From a virus, in IMG/VR virus record IMGVR_UViG_3300005747_000012, positions 32,001 to 96,000 of that record: 64,000 nt of DNA; one strand, written 5' to 3'. Below the pieces are notes generated by a model that was given only the letters and a program-made list of their open reading frames with translations, had not been told where the DNA came from and made no database searches. The translations under genes and the position numbers were made by a program. Numbering within the stretch: position 1 is the first letter of the stretch; each line of letters starts with the position of its first letter. Shown piece by piece: positions 58,859-64,000 of the stretch.

Positions 58859-59886
58859 AAGTCAACTCCTTTAAGCTTTATTACTTTTTGTTCAATTAAT
58901 TTTAATTTTTGACAAGCATATAAAACCGTTTGTAATGCGTCTTTTTTAGCTACTTTTGTTTCTACATTACTTGATTTGTCTATATAAGTATCATATACCG
59001 TAAACCCTTCATTATCGACTTCAGTTTCAATACTACAAATATTTGAACCATTAAGTATATCGTTAAGTTCATAATCTTGAAGAACTCTTTTATCACCAGA
59101 TTCTTTTAGATAATGATTAATGGCTTCTAATAGTAATTCAGGGTCTTCAATCTTTTCACGACTTTTTAATAAGTTAGCTTTATAAATAATTTTCTTGTCA
59201 GATGGAAAATAGTGAAGAGAAGTTTGATTGTATAAGTCCATGATATTACTTTTCATTCTAGCAATACATACACTTCTAAAAACTGTTCTAAATGGCCCTA
59301 CCCATTTATCTACACCTGTACAAAGCCCGGCTACTGATGAAGAAATCATATCCATAAGACCTAAATGATTTTTAGGTGTAGCTTTAAAAAATTTCATAGC
59401 CATATTGATTGCTAATGGCATACTATTTTCAATAATTTTTTGCCTTACTTTTTGATGTTCTTTCCAAGCATTGGCGGCTTTTTTTGGCAAGTTACCTCGC
59501 CAATTTTCAATTACAAACATCATAAATTTATAATTAATATGAAATCTTTTAATTTCCTGAACATCATTTTCTTTAAATGCTGGCGAAATAAATTCGCCAA
59601 ATGTTTTTGAATCTTCTCTAAAATATGGCCTAGCTGTAAGAATATTTCCTTTTTCAATTTTAATAAACATTAAAAATTTTTGATATATTTTGTCGCTTTG
59701 TTTATAAGAATTAATGGTTTCTCTGAAAATTTCTTCCAGCTCCATTATTCTTTCAACTTGAGCTTTTTGTTGGGCAGTAAACTCTTTTTTATTTAATTTT
59801 TTGCCCTTATTATTTTTTTCTAGTATTTTGGCAATACTGTTTGCTAAATTGTAGAAAACCGGGTCGTTGACCTTCTTTCTGTTCAT
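58855..59886 (-). CDS. Sigma70-family RNA polymerase sigma factor
   Basis: Region 2 'RQKIIENSMPLAINMAMKF...MDMISSSVAGLCTGVDKW...FRSVC'; region 3/4-like C-terminus, truncated. Confidence 0.75.
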   Translation of the reverse strand: MNRKKVNDPVFYNLANSIAKILEKNNKGKKLNKKEFTAQQKAQVERIMELEEIFRETINSYKQSDKIYQKFLMFIKIEKGNILTARPYFREDSKTFGEFISPAFKENDVQEIKRFHINYKFMMFVIENWRGNLPKKAANAWKEHQKVRQKIIENSMPLAINMAMKFFKATPKNHLGLMDMISSSVAGLCTGVDKWVGPFRTVFRSVCIARMKSNIMDLYNQTSLHYFPSDKKIIYKANLLKSREKIEDPELLLEAINHYLKESGDKRVLQDYELNDILNGSNICSIETEVDNEGFTVYDTYIDKSSNVETKVAKKDALQTVLYACQKLKLIEQKVIKLKGVDL

Positions 59887-59887
59887 G

Positions 59888-62440
59888 TTACACCTTTATA
59901 AATTTTATTTCATTTGTTGTTTCTTTATACATAGAAAGTCTTTTTTGCAAATGATTTTCTAAAAGACTTATGTTGCTTACTCTAAAATCATAAATTTTTG
60001 AATAAGGCTTGGGCCTGTGATAGCCCTTGTATTTACTGTTTTCAAGAATACGGACACTTCTACCAACAGCCCCCTGCTTAGTTCTGGTTTCAGAGCCACC
60101 GCCTACCCAATTTATAGTATTGTGTGTGCAGTACATGTTGGTTCCTGTTGCAATGCAAGAAGTTCCAATAAGAACTTTCACTTGTCCAAGATTAAAAGTT
60201 TCAACTGCCTCATCGACTTTCCGAGTTTCCAGACCAAATCTAGCAGCATCAGCTTTTGATGCAGAATGTACATATTCAAACGGAACATTTAGTCTGTCTA
60301 CTAACATTCTAATTTGCTCCAATTCCTCCACCAAAATTAAAGTGCTTTCTTGAGCTTGATTCCAAGCTGAATTTGCAATCTTGGCCGCTATATCGGCGAT
60401 GTTTGAATTGTATAAAAATTGTTTTCTTTTAGCTTTTAGTGGGTCTCTGTAATTTTTAACATCTTTACTTGTAGTTTCAAAAACAAAAAATTTTACAGGA
60501 CAAATATAACCACCGTCTACGGCTTCCTTTGTTGGTAGTTCATATACTTTTTTTCCAATAATTGATTCTAGCAACTTGTCTTTTCCGTCACCCCTAACCT
60601 GAGTACCTGATAAAAAAAATCGGTATGGAACACTGTTTAGCACACCATGAAATACTGTTTCAAGAGTTTCAGCCGCCAGTGTGTGGGATTCATCGCCAAT
60701 TACTACATCAGCATTAGCAAAGAAATCATAGGCTTCAGTACCCGGTTTAAGCATTGTTAGTGACTTTGACACGCACACTGTAAACAATTTACCTAATCTT
60801 TTTTTACCGCCACCATAAGCTCCGACATTAGATTTGCCAAAATGGTGCTCAAATTTCTCCAAAATTTCTAGAAATATAGACTTACTAGGTGTAACTATTA
60901 CGGTCTTAAGACCTAGCTCACGGGCTAGTGTCAAAATAATAGCTGTCTTACCTGAGTTATGGGTAACGGTAAAATCATCCATAACATATAAATTATCGTT
61001 GTCAACTTCAAAGCCAAAATATTCATTTTCTGGCAATTGCTTTACTTTAAAACCTGTTCTTAATACATTTTTTACTTGCTTTCTGGGTTTTGCTTTTTTT
61101 CTTTCTAATATAACTGGTATTCTATTAATATCACCAGAAATTGTAATTCTATAATATGTTCCTTCGATTCCATTTTGACTTTTCTTTTTTTCTTTTTTTT
61201 GGTAAGCTGCAAAACCAAGTGATCTTGCTATAAAAAGTATATCATCGGATAATTCTTTGTTTTTCTGAGAAATTTCATAATAATTATTTCCTAAGTATCC
61301 ATCGGAATCTATTACACCAGCCAATAATTTAAGTCTTGTTTCTTCTGAATTTATTTTAAAATCTTTTGGAATATGTTTGTTTTTTATTAAGTCGTAATGT
61401 TTTAGATTGTTTCTTAGTGCATTTAACCCTTTTCCTCTAAGTGGATTATACATGCAATAAGTTTTAGACAAATTGTTTTCTGATATAACTTCTTCTCTTA
61501 TCATTAAACCAAGTTGCCTTGCGTATTCCATCCATTTTTCTTTAATTTCGCAATCCATTGTAGTTAAAGCTGGACCATCTGAATTCCCATCGCCAAGCCA
61601 AATACCTAATATATAGGGGTCGATAGCGGTTAATTTGCTTTTAAAATCAATACCTGTTCTATATAGTTTATATCTATGTTTAAATGATTTTGTTTGTTTT
61701 AAATAATCTTTTACTGATATATTTACAATTGGATTTGTACCTTTAAAATCACTTCTTCTTTTTTTGTTTTTTATACGATATTGAGATTGATTATTAGTTC
61801 TTTGCAAGGATAATATATGCCCCATATTAACTATAAAAGACTCCCCTTTAACTGGAATAATTTTTGCCATTTTTTCTTTGCCTCTATGTAGTTTTAATAC
61901 TTTACGAGGTTTAGAATCTGGCCCCATTAACAAATCACCAACAACAATATCTTCCACTTTTTTTAAAGAACCATCATACATTAATATTTCTTGTCCCTTA
62001 ACGTGACATCCCGTGCAAAGCTCTACACAGCCATGTTTTGCCTGAATAAGACGTTCTACAGATTTTTTCTGGTATGGATATAGCTCAAATGGCAAAGTCT
62101 TTCTCCACGGCATTTTGCGTGGCTCTGGGTAGCTAATACGGTTGTGTATATCAAAACTATACCCAGACAAATATGGTAAAGAACCCGGATGAAAAGCCAA
62201 TTTTTGGTTAGAATCTAGTGTTAGCATACAAGTTTTTAATTTAGATTCTAGTTCTTTCTTTCTCAAATCATAAGTATGAGGCTTGTTTTGCTGTAACCAT
62301 CTGTTTTTTTTAAGTTTTTGCAAAGCAAATTGGGCTGACGTATCACTATAAGTCAGGCTTTTTTTCAAATCATCGACAACTTCCCTATTGGGAGTTTCGA
62401 GGTAACATTTGGTTGGATTTTCTATTGTAATCTTTATCAT
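59888..62440 (-). CDS. SF2 (UvsW-like) helicase containing an intein
   Basis: 'LYPYQ', Walker A split 'CTG|SGKT', 'DESH', 'SGT', 'QGAVGRSVR'; probable start MIKITIENP at 62440. Confidence 0.9.
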   Translation of the reverse strand: MIKITIENPTKCYLETPNREVVDDLKKSLTYSDTSAQFALQKLKKNRWLQQNKPHTYDLRKKELESKLKTCMLTLDSNQKLAFHPGSLPYLSGYSFDIHNRISYPEPRKMPWRKTLPFELYPYQKKSVERLIQAKHGCVELCTGCHVKGQEILMYDGSLKKVEDIVVGDLLMGPDSKPRKVLKLHRGKEKMAKIIPVKGESFIVNMGHILSLQRTNNQSQYRIKNKKRRSDFKGTNPIVNISVKDYLKQTKSFKHRYKLYRTGIDFKSKLTAIDPYILGIWLGDGNSDGPALTTMDCEIKEKWMEYARQLGLMIREEVISENNLSKTYCMYNPLRGKGLNALRNNLKHYDLIKNKHIPKDFKINSEETRLKLLAGVIDSDGYLGNNYYEISQKNKELSDDILFIARSLGFAAYQKKEKKKSQNGIEGTYYRITISGDINRIPVILERKKAKPRKQVKNVLRTGFKVKQLPENEYFGFEVDNDNLYVMDDFTVTHNSGKTAIILTLARELGLKTVIVTPSKSIFLEILEKFEHHFGKSNVGAYGGGKKRLGKLFTVCVSKSLTMLKPGTEAYDFFANADVVIGDESHTLAAETLETVFHGVLNSVPYRFFLSGTQVRGDGKDKLLESIIGKKVYELPTKEAVDGGYICPVKFFVFETTSKDVKNYRDPLKAKRKQFLYNSNIADIAAKIANSAWNQAQESTLILVEELEQIRMLVDRLNVPFEYVHSASKADAARFGLETRKVDEAVETFNLGQVKVLIGTSCIATGTNMYCTHNTINWVGGGSETRTKQGAVGRSVRILENSKYKGYHRPKPYSKIYDFRVSNISLLENHLQKRLSMYKETTNEIKFIKV
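60956..62008 (-). mobile_element. Intein (351 aa) with LAGLIDADG endonuclease
   Basis: Starts CHVKGQEILMYDG, ends 'FTVTHN' before Ser; 'LGIWLGDG' and 'LLAGVIDSDG' blocks. Confidence 0.95.
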
Positions 62441-62474
62441 ATAACTATATAATATCACAAAAAAAGGAGAGATT

Positions 62475-62894
62475 ATGTCTTTTAAATATAGCGCCAAATC
62501 TCTAGCAAAATTAAATACTTGCCACCCAGATTTGCAAAAAATACTTAAAAAAGCAATAAAACACTATGATATCACTATCTTAGAAGGTATTCGTACCAAA
62601 GAATGCCAAGAAGAGCTAGTTCGTACCGGTATGTCAAAAACTATGGACTCTAAACATTTAAAACAAGCTGATGGCTATTCTCATGCCGTTGACTGTGCTC
62701 TTTGGCCGGTTGATTGGAATGACCGTGAGAGATTTGTATTTCTACAAGGTTATCTCAAGGGTTTAGCTGACCAAATGAAAGAAGCTGGTGAAATTAGCCA
62801 CTCTCTTCGCCTTGGTGTAGATTGGGACGGTGATGGTAATATCAAGGAACATTCTTTCTTTGATGGGCCTCACATTGAACTTTCCCTAAAGTAA
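62475..62894 (+). CDS. Endolysin, M15-family L-Ala-D-Glu peptidase
   Basis: 'EGIRT..Q', 'SKH...HAVD', 'DGPHIEL'; AGGAG RBS. Confidence 0.9.
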   Translation: MSFKYSAKSLAKLNTCHPDLQKILKKAIKHYDITILEGIRTKECQEELVRTGMSKTMDSKHLKQADGYSHAVDCALWPVDWNDRERFVFLQGYLKGLADQMKEAGEISHSLRLGVDWDGDGNIKEHSFFDGPHIELSLK

Positions 62895-63273
62895 AATAAT
62901 CTATGTGGGCTTGCTCAGTATCCTCCATTTCATTTAATAAATCTTTATATTCTGGAAATTTTTTTGCCAATTCTGTATAGGAAAACACGGCAAATTTTTC
63001 CAGAATGGTAGCTACTTTATTTAATAGAAAAACTGGAGAGATTAAGCATAATACACCCACTATTATTCCGATAGTACAAAACATAAAATCTATCAAATAG
63101 TTTGGTTTAGTATTGTAGCTTTTTAAAATACGTTTTATTTCTTTTTGATGTTTAGATTCATCAACAGCAATATTTAGTACATTTAAGTCTTTTGTTCTTT
63201 CATAATGTCCAAGATAAGCCATTTCAGCACCTACCTCAACACCATGAGTAAATTTAAGCATAAATAGTTTCAT
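62842..63273 (-). CDS. Ferritin-like di-iron protein, COQ7/DMQ-hydroxylase-like
   Basis: 'EVGAEMAYLGH', 'DESKH', hydrophobic hairpin, 'LEKFA..SY', 'EQAH'. Confidence 0.7.
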   Translation of the reverse strand: MKLFMLKFTHGVEVGAEMAYLGHYERTKDLNVLNIAVDESKHQKEIKRILKSYNTKPNYLIDFMFCTIGIIVGVLCLISPVFLLNKVATILEKFAVFSYTELAKKFPEYKDLLNEMEDTEQAHIDYFTLGKVQCEAHQRKNVP

Positions 63274-63404
63274 TTACAGTTATGTCCTGCCCAATTTATT
63301 TTTTCTGCAATTGAACCTTTTTTATTACAGGCTTGTTCTTCAATATAATTTGCACCTAAAATAACAAGTAATATAAGTACAAATACAACTATAGCACTTT
63401 TCAT
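63270..63404 (-). CDS. 44-aa membrane-anchored micro-protein
   Basis: MKSAIVVFVLILLVILGANYIEEQACNKK...HNCK*; TAATG and ATGA coupling on both sides. Confidence 0.55.
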   Translation of the reverse strand: MKSAIVVFVLILLVILGANYIEEQACNKKGSIAEKINWAGHNCK

Positions 63405-63730
63405 TAATAAACTCCAACTTTAGCTTTTGGATGCTTGGTACAGTCTTTTCTAATTCTTTTTAGAAAATTTAAAGCACCTTCATAGTCACCCCACCCATTT
63501 TCGGGGTTCATTGCTCTATATTTTTCTGGGTCAGATTCCATTTTATTAATTGCAATGTTTAAATGTTTAATAGCATCTTCACAACCCATTTGGTGAAGCC
63601 CTCTAAGACCCTCTTCTAAATTGAAAGAATTGTAATACATTGGCGATACATTATAAGTGTAATTTCCACACTCTTCTACAGAAGAATCTTCAATTCCAGT
63701 ATTGATTATAATATCTACATCCCAACTCAT
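63404..63730 (-). CDS. Conserved phage hypothetical protein
   Basis: 'NYTYNVSPMY...NPENGWGDYEGA' motif widespread in phages. Confidence 0.75.
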   Translation of the reverse strand: MSWDVDIIINTGIEDSSVEECGNYTYNVSPMYYNSFNLEEGLRGLHQMGCEDAIKHLNIAINKMESDPEKYRAMNPENGWGDYEGALNFLKRIRKDCTKHPKAKVGVY

Positions 63731-63999
63731 TTTAGTTTCTCCAAGTAATCTGCAAGTTCTTTAATTTCAGCATTTGTAAGTTTTTTTACAAATGGATACA
63801 TTCTTTTTGAATGACCACTTGTACGTTTTTTATCTCGAATCAATTTAACCTGATCTTCAATGTACCATGCGTGTTGTCCGGCAAGTCTGGGGGCTTTTTG
63901 TGATTTTTTCCCTTCGGCTTTTTTTCCGTGACACGACATACATTTTCTTTTATAAAGTGAATTAGTATTTGCTGCCAAAGAAATACTCATTAAAAATAG
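63727..63999 (-). CDS. Class I cytochrome c (c553/c4-like), 5'-partial
   Basis: Haem motif CMSCH, 'APRLAGQHAWYI', distal Met 'RMYPF', 'LTNAEIKELADYL'; frame open to the window edge (…LFLMSISLA), consistent with a signal peptide. Confidence 0.9.
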   Translation of the reverse strand, partial: LFLMSISLAANTNSLYKRKCMSCHGKKAEGKKSQKAPRLAGQHAWYIEDQVKLIRDKKRTSGHSKRMYPFVKKLTNAEIKELADYLEKLK

Positions 64000-64000
64000 A

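Noticed and set aside
1-64000. Genome-wide TGA reassignment
   Set aside because: Standard-code ORFs tile the window densely, conserved proteins are complete, and TGA is clearly a stop in many ATGA overlaps.

Overview
AT-rich 64-kb segment of a large tailed dsDNA bacteriophage with myovirus-type baseplate genes. Positions 1-22.9 kb are a + strand late/structural block: LysM/gp25-like baseplate protein, 2287-aa baseplate-J-like protein, tube-like protein, several tail fibre/collar proteins and a stripped-down ClpX, ending in a tRNA. Positions 22.9-64 kb are almost all - strand early/middle genes: AEP primase, DnaB-like helicase, RecA, gp32-like SSB, DnaE, DEDD exonuclease, NrdB/NrdA, SbcC/SbcD, sigma factor, intein-containing SF2 helicase, two ClpP-like proteases, aminotransferase, COQ7-like di-iron protein and cytochrome c, plus one isolated + strand endolysin. 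The main unexplained signals are RNA-level: (1) a tRNA with a complete tRNA-Leu body but a UCA anticodon (predicted Leu-inserting opal suppressor) closing a late operon whose genes never stop on TGA, while many early genes do; (2) a GC-rich array of ~63-72-nt tRNA-like units ending in ACCA at 31.05-31.28 kb; (3) a promoter-driven structured small RNA at 42.62-42.75 kb. All calls come from reading motifs by eye; no searches were run and the host is unknown.
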